64,000 nucleotides of DNA from the NCBI GenBank assembly GCA_039621445.1, contig CP154954.1:24378954-24442953 (forward strand). Reading direction: 5' to 3'. Shown here in pieces: positions 23,926 through 36,049 of the stretch. The notes beneath the pieces were generated by a model. It saw nothing but the letters and a program-made list of their open reading frames with translations. It ran no database searches and had not been told where the DNA came from. A program made the translations under genes and the position numbers. How positions within the stretch are numbered: the first letter of the stretch is position 1; each line of letters begins with the position of its first letter. This stretch comes from Euglena gracilis. Lineage: Eukaryota.

Positions 23926-26900
23926 GGTGGGAGTGGGTTGGGAGCCTGCCCCTCCCAGTGGATGGGCGCTGTGCAGAGGAGTTGGGTGGAAACATTCTGA
24001 TGCGCTGCAAATCTGTAAATTTTGTAAAAAGAAGGGAATAATGGCCGAAATTGATGTGAAATTGGGTTTTTATTTATCCCGAGACCAGAAGTTTGGTTCG
24101 AGGGTATTTTGGCTATCCAAAATAGCCGTCCACGCAGGATAATTGACAAAATTCGTCAAAATGGCATCTTTCATCTTTCACAAGTTTTGATTGAAAAAGA
24201 AATGCAAAAATAGCACAAGTTAATGCCGCTCATCTTTCATTTTGCTCCACCAGAGTTGGGGTATAAGAGATATCGAGGTCTCTGGTTCGTCGACTCCAAG
24301 ACGGGTTACAAGTGGGAGGCCCCCCCATCCACACAGTTGGGGGTGGTCGACCCACCCACCCACCCACAAAATTGAACAGGCATAAACGCCATAAAAACAA
24401 GGCCGGATTGGGCCTCGATACAGCCCCCCCCCCCCCAACTCTGGAACATGCCCAGGAGAGGGGTTCATACGAGGTTAAACTGTTCAATGAATGTGTGCTT
24501 GAGGGCTTGAATGTCTGGCCAGACAGTCATATCTCTTTCCCTGGATTGCCTTGACCTGAGTTTGAACAGGAGCCTCGGGAGGAAATTTGATCGGCACGCT
24601 CGCAAACAAGAGGAGGAAAAAGCCATTAAAGCCCAAAAATGGAGGATTGCAGGCTGAGGGGCAATTTTAATATCACATGAACAGGATGGTCCATCCAAAC
24701 ATGGAAACATTATCAGAAAATCTGGTATTTCCTGTGATTTTTGCCTCCTGTGGTGTTTTTTCCAGGTTGTAAACAAGATTGCACCACGGGGTCACCGGCC
24801 CATGCTGGTCCGGCGTAGGCCTCCCCGACCACCCAGTCAAATTTCCAAAAGAATGACCGTTTTCTGAGTGAGCTCGGGCCCAAACCCCTGCCCTCTGAGG
24901 GGGGTCAAAAAAGCTGCCCCCACACGTGCCCAAAGAGCCACAAATGCGCTTTTGACCCTGGGGGACCTCCGCCCACCCAGCACAGGAAGGTCGCGAAGAA
25001 ATGCCTACCAATTCTTTGGGGTAGATACACCTCCCCCTCCCCAATTACCCCATAAAATCCCACCTTCGGCCGGCCAAGCAAACCAGATTGTATTAACGCC
25101 GGGGGTTTTAAGTGGTTTGAGGTTTGACAAGGACAAAAAATGATTGGCTGGCAAGGGTGCTGGGATCATAGAATTCAGATCTCCTCGGTAAGTGTGCGTG
25201 CCCCACCTCCAGTGTTCACATCCTGCAGCTTGCTTCCTGTGGGATGTGGGGCGAGGGGGCGCAAACACGTATTTTTGTAGATTTTTTTTGTTTTTTTCCC
25301 TATTTTTTGCAACATTTTCATTTTCCCCGTTTTTCCCCTCCGTTTTTCTGTGGTCTTTTCCAGTTATTTTTCAATTTCTGCTGGATAATCTTTTGACTTC
25401 GAAAACCGCCCCAGTTTCCCCTGGGACCAAAAGTTTCTCAATTTTTTTGTCATTTTGCATTTTTTTGGTCAACAAATTGCATTTTTATGTAAAACAAAAT
25501 TTCTCCCTGGCAGAGGTGAATTTTTTCTGAGTCCTGTTCAGGAGATATTCCCGGGGCGGGCCCTGAGGGATTTTCATGCAACTTGCATTTTATTTGTATT
25601 TATTATTCATTTGCTTTTATTTGTTGTTTTATTATTATTATTATTTATTCACATTTATATTTTATTATTACTTTTATTATTGCCTTTTTTGTATCTCGGT
25701 TTTGGAGGGCACATGCTGCGTCCCCGCCCCCGCTTCTTGCCTTCAATTGCCTTCTCCACCCCCCCCCCCCCCTCACATCTGCCTCTGCTTTTCATGTGAG
25801 GAGTGATTTGTGTCCGACCCCCTCCCCACCCCAGGGTTGTACAGGAGGTCGACCGCGCCCCCCCCCCCCATCCCGGTCTCCCCACCAGGCCTTCCTGTAC
25901 AACCGTGCCCCACCCTGCCCACCAACTGACGCCTTTCCATCGGGACGTTGACTGCCAACAGCCATCCCGTCCGGTGGTGTGCCGCGGTGGGACAGAACGG
26001 GAAGTATTCCCAATCCAATACTCTCCTCATTCCGCATTGGATCGTTTGCTTTTGCATTTCTCTGAGCACAAAAAGGAGAGTCCTCCCCCAAGCCCAATTT
26101 TCACACAGTCCCATCCCTGCAAGGGTGGGGTGGTGTTGAGCATCCTCGAAAGATAAGCAAATGCCGGGCAATAGAAAGCTTGTTTCTTCCCCTTCAGTTT
26201 CCACCATTTTCAGTATTTTCTGTAACGGTCGCTCGGGTTTTTAACGTGTGATTTAAAATTTGATTTAAATTAGATTTGTGATTTTGATTTAAACTAGTGC
26301 GTTCATTTTTACTGGCAACCTTGACCCTCATTGTTCCGTCTGGAACACTGGGTTGGACTTCAGGCAGAGCGACACATTTTGTCCGTTGTCTTCAATTCTT
26401 CGCCCTGCCTCCCACCACATCAGCACCCCCCCCGCAACCGATGGGTTGCCAGCCACCCCAAACATTTTTTATCTACACGCTGACACAAACATGCATGTGC
26501 ATGTGCACGTGCATTTCATCAGCCTAGGTCTATACCACTCCTCGCAGCCGTGGTTGCTGCCCCTCACACGACGTCCCGTCCGTGGTCTGGGGCAGGGGCC
26601 TGCACCCGTATATGGGTGATGTGCTTGTCCCTCGTATTCATTCACTAATGCCCCATGCTGTGGTGTGTCCTCACATGCCCAACTTTCAGTAGGTTGGGGG
26701 GGCAAACACATCCAAGCACATTTATTTTTTTGATTTTGACAAGATTTGTTTTCTGCTCGTGTGCGTGTGTGTGGGTGGGTGTCTTCCTGGCGGTTTTGTT
26801 ATTTTTTTTTCGCAGGAAGTTTTTTCGACATTTTAAAAAATTCACACGTTGGGCCCGTTTTTTTTTTCCGTGAGACCAATTTTCTGCATATTTTGAACAA

Positions 26901-27450
26901 AAAGTGCATTTTTTTTTTAAACAAGTGCATTTTTCCGAATCAGCATCTTCCCAAAGCCTATTCAAATGTAGACATCAAAATGCAGTGGCACATTATGTTT
27001 ATGCAACCATATGGACAATGTTGCATATGGTTCTCTCTGCAGCAGAGAGCCGGGAGCTTCTGGAGGAAACCACATGTAACTAGCGTTTTTTTTGCGTCTT
27101 TTTGCGTCGCATTTTTCATTCTTGTGACCCCCCCCCCCTGCCCAGGGAACCTCTGGGAAACCAGTCCTTATTCGGAATGGCATCAGTGGAGCCACTGGAT
27201 TGCCACGTGTCGCGTGTGTGACGGTGCACCTGATCACCAGCATTCATCATTGGAAGGATTGCATCATTGGGAAAAGTCATGCATCATTGGGAAGTTGATT
27301 CCCAATGATTCCAAGGAAGGCGCTTGTGCAGTGCAAAACTGTGTAGTGAACGGCTGGCTGATTTCGCGATTCATAATGGCGCAAAGGGAGAGAGCGGCAC
27401 AGGGAGGGGAGGGCTGTGCGTCCAAAACAACGTGTGTGTGCACAATCCAC

Positions 27451-27681
27451 CAGGCTATTGCTTAAGGGTTCGCAGCACCCACCCGGCGGGGGGCTGGACT
27501 GCAGCTAGTCCACATTTGGCCAGTGGAAATCCTTGTCGACCCTCCCCCCGGTCAACATGCAGCATATGGGATAAAATATTTTTTTCCCCAGACCCCCCCG
27601 GAGGGTTTCGCCAGTGGCTTTTTGCAGCGTCTAGCAAAATAGCAGCCAGTGCACCCCCCAGGGGGCTTAAGGAATGGCCTG
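27451..27681. mobile_element. hAT-type MITE (CAGGCT(T/A)TTGCTTAAG family, shorter copy)
   Basis: caggctattgcttaag ... cttaaggaatggcctg; TSD caatccac / caagccac (7/8). Confidence 0.85.
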
Positions 27682-29691
27682 CAAGCCACTGACACCCTCA
27701 ATGTGCGCGGATGCGTAATGTGTTTGGGAGTGCGCCGGAAGAATGGGTCCCGGGCCTGTCCGCCGGCGCATTTCTCCGTGAACGGGAGGAGGGTGAGCTT
27801 GGTTGTCAGCACCTGCCGGGTGGTCCACACCCGGGGGGGGGGGGGTGAGGCTCCGGCTCAGGGCTGGGCTGGCGGGGGGCTGCGCAGACGCTGCTGATGG
27901 GGCCTCCCGGAGACCGCCCCACGCCCTCCAGTACACCCCTCCTCCCTGACCGTTGCCCCATCCAACCGCTGACACTCCCCCACTCCATAAAGCTCCGAAG
28001 ACGCGACACGAGTCTCTTCAGCTTGGGGCCATCTCGCTGCTCTGATCGCCTTCTCCTTTGAGCCCCCCCCCCCCATAAGTACCTCACAGCGGCGGTTCCT
28101 GCCTGATGACGGAGGTTGTGCCCTGTTACCCTATGCTTCTCAGCTGCGCTGCGTTCGAGTGTCGTGGGGGCTGCGGCGCGACTGCCGCGGTCGGCATTCG
28201 TTTGGAGTGTGCTGCATCTGTTGCCGTTGCTGCGGGGGAGCTCACTCGTTTGACCACAAATTCACAGGGATCATTCAATTCAAACGGGTAGTCACGTGCG
28301 GAGTGGATAACTGCTGAAAGCATATCAGTAGGAAGCCCACCTTAAGATAAGTACTCTTCATAGGTTACGGTAAGACGAACCGTTTGATAGGTATTAGGTG
28401 TACAATTGGTTGTTGTCCCCCCAGCACATTGCTTTAACATTATCAAACTGTGTTACATTTTATGAATGGTTACATACTGCATCCCTGAAATCCTGAAGCA
28501 CAATCTTTGTTCTCGAAATATAACATTATTGTAACATTACGTAACATTACATCTAACAGTATTTATCTCCTAATTGCTCATATGATTGGCCAGGAGTGAT
28601 ACGTTGTGTTTATTTTTGAATCAGCACCTGCCAAATCTCATTGTTGTTTCTCTGTCCGTTGCATTCACCCTATACCAACCTCTTCAACACAACGACCATG
28701 CCCCTTTTTCCTTCAAATTTCAAACAGACTTTACAGACAAAATATCAACCTTTTCTTTTGAGCCATTGCATTCTTGTTCCAAAATGGGCATGGCTTTGTT
28801 TGGCTGAAGCATTCAAAGTACTCAGGGCTTGAATGAGGCCTGGGATAATTGTATCTGCCAGAGAAACAGGTCAACCGTGTTGTGCTTTGCTTCCTCTCAG
28901 CAATATTTTCCCTCCACCCCCAGGCTGTATGGTTTGCCCTTGTTCTGCTGGCACACCCACACCTGACAACAGTTTGCATGATGAAGACCTGCCCATTTGA
29001 TTTGTAACCCCCGAAGACGAGAAGTGATAAAATCTGGTCCAGAATGATTTTAATTCAATTTAACAAAATTGCAAATGTGTACTGCGCATCATGGGTGCTC
29101 AACGCCCCCTAGGTCTGATGAAAGGCAATTCAGTGAAGAAACAGGCTTAAATGTATGTGTTTTCCCCCTCCTTGCATGCAACTGCAGGTGACCTTCGGTC
29201 TTAAACTTGCGATCGTGGCTTTATTTCTTAATGTTTTGGCCTATTTCAATATGCTTTTGATTCCACTTTCACTTTGGAAAATTTCTAAAAAAGTTGCTTT
29301 ATTTTCAAGCCAGTTGAGGTCAGTGATTGCGAGTGCCGTTGACCCCCCCCCCCTGCACTTGGCTTGAGGATTGAAGGTAGGGGGTCAACCTTGGGGGCCA
29401 AGTTTCCATGTGAAGAATTTCGGCGAGACAAGTGCCCCTGATGACCACAGAATCCTGCACAAACTGCCAACGTTTTTTTTGGGGAGGATGGGGGAAACTA
29501 GCATTATTATTTCAAGTGCCTTAATTTTTCCGCGAATGAAAAAGTGAGTTTTAGGGAAAGAAATTTCTTGTAGAGTTCTTGAACTTAGGGAACCACAGGC
29601 ATCAACAAACAGAATGAATATGCCATGGCACAGGAAAGGGACCAAGATGCTTCACACTTGACCTTGGTGCAGTGGGGGTATTGGAAACTGT

Positions 29692-29745
29692 TTATACATA
29701 CATACATATATATGTGTATATATGTGTGCATATATGTATATGTAC

Positions 29746-29843
<98 letters not shown>

Positions 29844-29974
29844 ATGTATTATATGTATGTATATGATATGTAATGTATATGTATATGTATATGTATATGG
29901 TATATGTATATGTATATATGGATATAACTATATATATATGTATGTGTGTATATATATATATGTGTGTGTGTGTG

Positions 29975-30039
<65 letters not shown>

Positions 30040-30040
30040 G
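29692..30040. repeat. Compound microsatellite (TATATG)n, (TG)n, (CA)n, (TA)n
   Basis: Directly visible; a similar tract at 31225-31355 flanks the other end of the 30041-31224 element. Confidence 0.95.
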
Positions 30041-31224
30041 CACTCAGTTGTGAAAGTCTTCATACCCCTGGCGTGTCAAAAGTCTTCACACCCCCACTTT
30101 TTTTTGGAGAACTTAAACAGGGGTTCAGTTCACCCCGGTACCTCCCCCCCCCCTTGTCCAACGACCGGGCTTGTCTAACGACCCCCCCCCCCCCGGTCAG
30201 AGACGATCTTTTTGTATACAATGTTGGTTCGTCCAAAATTGCTAAAAATTGGCTAAAAACAGTCAAAAATAACCCAAAATGGCCTAAAATGACCGAGGGA
30301 TGGCTAAAGGTGCCCAAAAAGTTGCCAAAAAATAGCAAAAATAAGGCAAATATGGCCAAAAGTAACCAAAAACAGCCTAAAGTGGCCAAAAATGAGCAAA
30401 GGGGGCCAAAGTGTGGCCAACAGTTGCCAAAAGTGGCCAAAAGCGACCAAACATGGCGAAAAGCGGTCAAAAATGCCTAAAAATTCCCAAAAGCGCCCAA
30501 AAAATGTCCAAAAATGGCCAAAAGTGGCCAACTGTAGTCAAGAAATAGCATAAATGGCCAAAAACAGCCCAAAAATGGCCATATACCCCATCTATGGTAA
30601 ATTTTCCTCTGATTTGGGGGCCACCCCGCTTGTCTAATGACCACCCCCCCCTGGTCGGAGACGAACATTGGCCATTTTAGCGACCGCCCCCCCCCCCCCG
30701 GTCAGAGACGAACATTATTGGTGAGGTATGTCAAAAGCCGCACATAAGAAGGATGTGCGCAAAGGTTGCCCATGGTCCCTGAATGGAAGGCACAATGAAG
30801 TCACACACCAGGTGCCAGCAGCAAAAACACACGACAATTACTGCACACGACTGATTACTCTTTAGGAAAGAAATAGCAAATTAAACAGAATGATTCAGTA
30901 CAATTTTTGTTGTGAAGATAAGCCGAACAATTCTTTTTCCCCATCCAACTGACTAATTATCCCGAAGGGCGATCAGCTGTGTGCGATGTTTTTGCTGCTG
31001 GCACCTGGTGTGTGGCTTCATTGCACCTTTCGTTCAGGGACCATGGGCAACGTTGCACACACCCAGCAGCATCACATGTCCCCTATGCAAGCATTCTTAT
31101 GTGCGGCTTTTGACATACCGGGGTGAACTGAACCGCTGTTTAAGTTCTCCAAAAAAGTTTGCAAAAAATTGGGGTGTGAAGACTTTTGACACGCCAGGGG
31201 TATGAAGATTTTTGCAACTGAGTG
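30041..31224. mobile_element. Non-autonomous Tc1/mariner-like element with long TIRs, inserted in a microsatellite
   Basis: cactcagttg...ttcatacccctggcgtgtcaaaagtcttcacacccc...caccccggta is mirrored at 31115-31224; the TIR continues 30727-30835 vs 30975-31115. Confidence 0.85.
30141..30726. mobile_element. TA-flanked CCTC...GAGG element nested in the left TIR of 30041-31224
   Basis: TA at 30139-40 and 30727-28; removing the insert restores ccccggtatgtcaaaagccgcac, the exact mirror of the right TIR. Confidence 0.85.
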
Positions 31225-31233
31225 TGTATATAT

Positions 31234-31288
<55 letters not shown>

Positions 31289-31410
31289 ACATATGTATAT
31301 ATGTGTGTATGCATATACATATGTGTGTGTATATATGCATTTGTATATATGTATAAATGAAAACGGCAAAGATGAGAGCAGCAGGGTGGGTTCTTCCCTT
31401 GATTTTTTTC

Positions 31411-31558
31411 CACCCCCCCCCCCCCCCTAGTCGTACGACCACCCCTCATTTACGACCACCCCCCGGTCACAGGTTGCAGGTCATGGGGGTGTTACGACCC
31501 CCCCCCCCCCGGTCACAGGTTGCAGGAACCCGGTCGTACGACAAGGGGGAGGGGCGGG
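31411..31558. mobile_element. Short TA-type MITE with (c)nggtcacaggttgcagg subrepeats
   Basis: gtcgtacgac inverted motifs, ends ggggcggg|ta; same family as 34183-34747. Confidence 0.7.
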
Positions 31559-32346
31559 TACCACACGTTGCACGTCGGAAGACGTACGACCCCCCCCAAC
31601 GATGGTTCACGGGTTGTAGGGTGTGGTCATTTGACAAACTGTTATGTCGTACAATTTGTCAGTCTACAAACTGTTCTGCCGTACCCTGCAGCTCCACTTA
31701 TCCCTCAGAGCCGCGTTGTGAATGGCCTTGCCGACGAGTTTCCTGCTCCATCTGATATGTGAGTCTGATTTGGACTTTTGTGCTATCCACAAACCCAGTG
31801 GTAGGACCGTCAAATTGCTTGATCAGAGGGGCCCAGGGCCCAGGGCCCCCCACTGTGGCACTGTGCATCTAAAGCCCCTTCTGCACCAAAGCTGTGGATG
31901 GGGAATTTTCACCTAAAACCCCCGCCCCAGAAAAGAAAAGAAAGAGCGCCCCCCCCCCCCCCTCCTGAGGGGGCCCATCCAGCCAGCCAGCTCCCTTTTG
32001 TTTCCCAGCCAGTGGCTCCCAGGCTGGCTGTGGAGCCCCCCCCCCCCCAAGAATCCGCTGGAATGCAGTTGGAGGCACAGCACAGGGCTGGACCGAAAAT
32101 GTTGAAAAGGGGGTCAAGATAGCCAAAATGGTGTATTTCAGAGTTGGGGCTTTGCAAATTACCTCCCCCCTCGGGCGCTTGGCTCCCGTCCTCCTTTCAT
32201 ACAACTTTGCCCCCCCCCCCCCAAATTGGCCTTCGGCCTTTTGCCTATGGCCGCCAGAATCCTTAACATGCAAACTTGGCCTCCACACCCCCCGACCCCC
32301 TCCCACCCTCAGGGTCCAACCAACACTTCCAGCCGGCCTGCTGGAC

Positions 32347-32772
32347 CAGGGGGTATTATGTTTTATGTTTTATGTTTTAAGGTGCAATTTTTTTAAAACA
32401 TTTTTACGTCTATTTTTATGTCTATTTTTAACGTTTTTTTTGCGTCTATTTTCAAGGGAAGTCCAAGGCCATCGTCCCAGCATCGAACGGGGTCCAACGG
32501 GGTCAAAGGAGTCTAAAGTTTCATTTTTTGTCGAGTTTGGGTGGATAGAGAATGTTCCTGTGATGTGAAAAATCATTTTTTTTTTGTCCGAATTGTCTTG
32601 TTTTTGCCGAGATTTTAATGGTGACTTCATTTTCGGATCGAATTTCAAAAACAGAAGAAATTTTCAAATTTTTTTTTCAAGGGGCTTACAGGCAATTTGG
32701 CCAAAATTTTTGAAACATTTTTTAAGGTTTTTAATATTTTAATATTTTTTAAGGCGCATTGGAAACCGCCTG
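32347..32772. mobile_element. hAT-type element with TTTTAAGG arrays
   Basis: cagggg... / ...ccgcctg termini; TSD tgctggac / ggctggac (7/8). Confidence 0.65.
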
Positions 32773-34182
32773 GGCTGGACCCCCACCCCCCGGGGTCCCC
32801 AAGAAAGCCCCTGATTCGGGTCCCAGCCCAAATGATTGAACCAGAAAGCGGCGTTTGAAAGTTGGGTTTTCTTTTTTTTTTGAGCATAGTGGGTGGGTTC
32901 ATTTACGTGGCTGCCCCACGACCCTCTGGTGCTCCACAGGCCACTGGATCCACATCGCACCCACAAGCCAAATGCCGGCGCATAACCGGCGTTCCTTCCC
33001 CTCTCCACGTGATGCCCACCGGCTTAGACGACCCCCGCGCCTTTTTATATTCCGAATTTTTTTTGCTCATCCTGCCTGGGGGGCAAAGGATATGCCGACG
33101 CCCCGTGTTCCACCCCATGGTGTTTCTTGTGCGTCGGCCGCGGCGCGTCGTTTAAGGAAATTTGACCCCATCCTCCAGGGGGGGGGGGGAGGGGCAGTCC
33201 AGCCAGCAGGCTGGAAAAAGCCGTGGACCCTTCCCCCCATCGACAGGAATTCTTTACCTTCGGGCGGCTGGCGGGGGCAGATCCTTTTTTGCATTCAAAG
33301 AATTTTATGAGAAAGACGCGTTTTTGCGGTTTCGATTGGTCGGTGCCGTTTTGACCCCCCCCCCCCCAATTCGGCCCAGTTCCAGCAGGGGACCCCAATG
33401 GAGAGGTTCAGCCAGCACCCCTTTTCCAACCAGTCACAATTTTCCAGGCTCTGGGTGGCATCCATGGGGGTTGCCAAGCGGTTTTTTCAAGTCTTATCTT
33501 TGACCTTTTGGGGGACTGGATATCTAAAGACCATTGTAAAACTGACAAATAAGGCTGTGTGGGGCTTCAAAGGGGAAGATGGTGTGGTCCAGAATTTCAC
33601 AGAATTGACTGGGGAGCAGGAGGATACAATGGAATGAGATTGAGTGGCAGGCCCAAGGGTAGTGGTGGAAATGGGTTGGCAAGTATTTTTGTTTTTTTTT
33701 TTATGGTGGTGAAAGCTTGGGTGAGACAGAATAGGCGGAAAGACTGAGAGGAAGCTTCCATATTTGCATATATTTTTAGAATTGAGGGGAGAAGAATTGA
33801 AAGCTTGCTTTTTGCATAATTTTTTTTGTATAATGAAAAGAAAGTTTTCCGTTTTTTGTTTTTTTGCATACTTTGCTCTGCCATTTTTTGATAAGATTTT
33901 TTTCGGGAGGTTGCATAGGGAAATTTGTTTTTTTTTGCAAACATTTGCGCTTACACATTTTGGGACCAATTTCACATTAAAAGTGAAATTGAAAATACAT
34001 ACAGCGTGTCAAATAATGCCAGTTCCCACTCGTGTCGCAAAGTACCACAATTTCATGTTGTATTTTCTTTTGGTGTGCTATTTATTTTTTATTTTTTTAT
34101 TTTTGTGGCATTTTTTTTTCGAAAAATAATGTGCAAGGTACTATTTTGCAAATGATTGTCCAAAGCATGCACTTTTTTTCTA

Positions 34183-34747
34183 CCCGCCCCCCCCCCCTTG
34201 TCGCACGACCGCCCTTCATTTACGCCCCCCCCCCCGGTCACAGGTTGCAGGTTATGGGGGTGTTACGACCACTCCCCCCCCCCCGGTCACAGGTTGCAGG
34301 AACCCGGTCGTACGACAGGGGGGGGGGCAGGGTTCGATATAAGGAGGGCGTACATGGTTTAGGTGGGGGGTGTCCCCCCCACCCCCCCCCCCCTGGCCCG
34401 CTGGGGGGTGGCCGGACCACCCCCCCCCACCTGCAAGGGGGGTCCGGACCGACCCTCGGGGGCAAAAATTGACCCCCCCCCCAAAAAGGGTCATTTTTTT
34501 CCTCCGGCGCTTCGCGCCGAAATTTTTTTGCATTTTTGGCACATTTTTGCCCAAAAAGTGCCCAAAATGGCACTTTTGGTCGTTTTGGGGGGTCAAAAAT
34601 TTTCGGGCCGAAAATTCGGCCACCCTGACCGCGCACCTGTTTAGCTGGGGGGGGTGTCCCCCCCCCCCCCCTCCTGGCCCGCAGGGGGGGGGGTCCGGAC
34701 CCCCCCCCCCCACCTGTCCTTATATCGAACCCTGGGGGGGGGGCCGG
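34183..34747. mobile_element. TA-flanked MITE carrying a nested hAT MITE in its right poly-G tract
   Basis: ta|cccgccccc..ttgtcgcacgacc ... gtcgtacgacagggg[insert]ggggccgg|ta. Confidence 0.75.
34328..34734. mobile_element. hAT-type MITE (TIR CAGGGTTCGATATAAGGA)
   Basis: Perfect 18-bp TIR cagggttcgatataagga / tccttatatcgaaccctg; poly-G on both sides. Confidence 0.9.
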
Positions 34748-35512
34748 TACAAAAATAATCTGCCACAATGAAAAATAAGGCCAATATGGGACGATTTCTA
34801 ATATCTATCCTTGGTGTAACTTCACGCACTGCTCCAGCAACCCGGCATTGTTTTTCCTCCTGAGACTTGTGTGCGAAGCGGGCCACGGGCGACGGCGACT
34901 TTCTGCGTGCCCCTGCGCGGCGTTGGACCGGGAGGGAGGGGCCTCGCCCCACCTCGCCGCCGTCATCGCCAGCCTCCCTCCCCTGCGCTGCTCTCCGCCG
35001 TTCGCGCCCAACCCTGCGGCTCGCTGCCTGGGTCGGTGGTGGGGTGGTGCTGGTCAAACACCTCCAGCGGCAAATCCCGACACATCCCGACAAATCCCGA
35101 CAACCCTGTTTGGGCCTCCTGTAGGTGGGGTTCTGACGAATCCCGACACATCCCGGCAAATCCCGACAACAGCTCCATCATTTTTGCAACAGAGATGAAA
35201 TTGCCCAAAGAAGGTTGTTTGATCGGTCATTGGTTTACACAACCTGGTTTTTTTGGCTATGATTTTATTTGGTGACTCTTCTTTTGTTCTCTTTTATTTG
35301 GTGACTGATTCTTTTCAAAGTTTTTTTTGAAAATGAGAGTTTAATGTTTTTGTTTTTTTTTCAGTATTTTGGCACAAGAACACCCCACATCATTGCTCTT
35401 ATTCATCGGTATGGGTTTGACCAAAGTCGCCAGTTTTTCTGCTTTTTTTTAGGTTTTGTTTGGTTAATACCCCCTCCCCCTTTGTCCTTGGCAACTGCAG
35501 TTCTATGACACC

Positions 35513-35812
35513 CAGGGATTTTTTTAAGTTTGGACCCCCGGGGGGGGGGGAGGGGTGGGCTAGGTTGGCTGGGTCTGCCGCACCCCCCCCCCCCCCGGGG
35601 GGCGGTACCCCCCGGAGGGGGGTGGGATATACTTTTCGGCGCCGCAGGCGCCGAAAAAATTCTATTTTTAGCACTTTTCGCGATTTTTCGGCCATTTTTT
35701 GTGGGTCCCCCGGACCCCCCTGCCCCCCCCGGGGGGGCCCCCCCCCCCAGGGGGCGGGGTGGCTGGGGGGGGCCCGCCCCCACCCCCCCCCCCGGTCTTA
35801 AAAAAACCCCTG
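35513..35812. mobile_element. hAT-type MITE with perfect 8-bp TSD
   Basis: cagggattttttaag ... cttaaaaaaacccctg; TSD atgacacc at 35505-12 and 35813-20. Confidence 0.9.
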
Positions 35813-36049
35813 ATGACACCCCCCCCATGTCAATCACAATCACATTTTCCCTGTACTTTGGCAGGTCAAGGACAAGGACGGGGGGGGGGGGGATGTACAA
35901 GGCCTCAGAAAGAAGCTTGGCAGAAGTGTTTGAAATCATCAGTTCAATGGAACTGCTTTAGAACTGCTTGGAATCCTCCAATTGTTTTGGGGCTTCGTTG
36001 CACCTTCACTGTTCTCCAGCCCTTAAGCTACTCGCTTTCCCTACCACAT

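Larger units (their letters stand above)
19820..29020 (+). repeat. Large unknown repeat family, copy X (colinear with 52785-60700), interrupted by MITEs
   Basis: Ordered matching blocks: 19820-20265/52785-53190, 20860-21740/53270-54090, 22420-22560/54890-55030, 22760-22990/55490-55745, 25060-26135/58050-58760, 27860-28005/59190-59320, 28586-29020/60230-60700. Confidence 0.75.

Noticed and set aside
24861-24870. tttctgagtg resembling the start of the Euglena spliced leader
   Set aside because: Only ~10 nt match; the rest of the leader is absent, so it is not evidence of taxonomy
29625-30480. YV/MY/IC/HI dipeptide-repeat ORFs
   Set aside because: Translations of microsatellites
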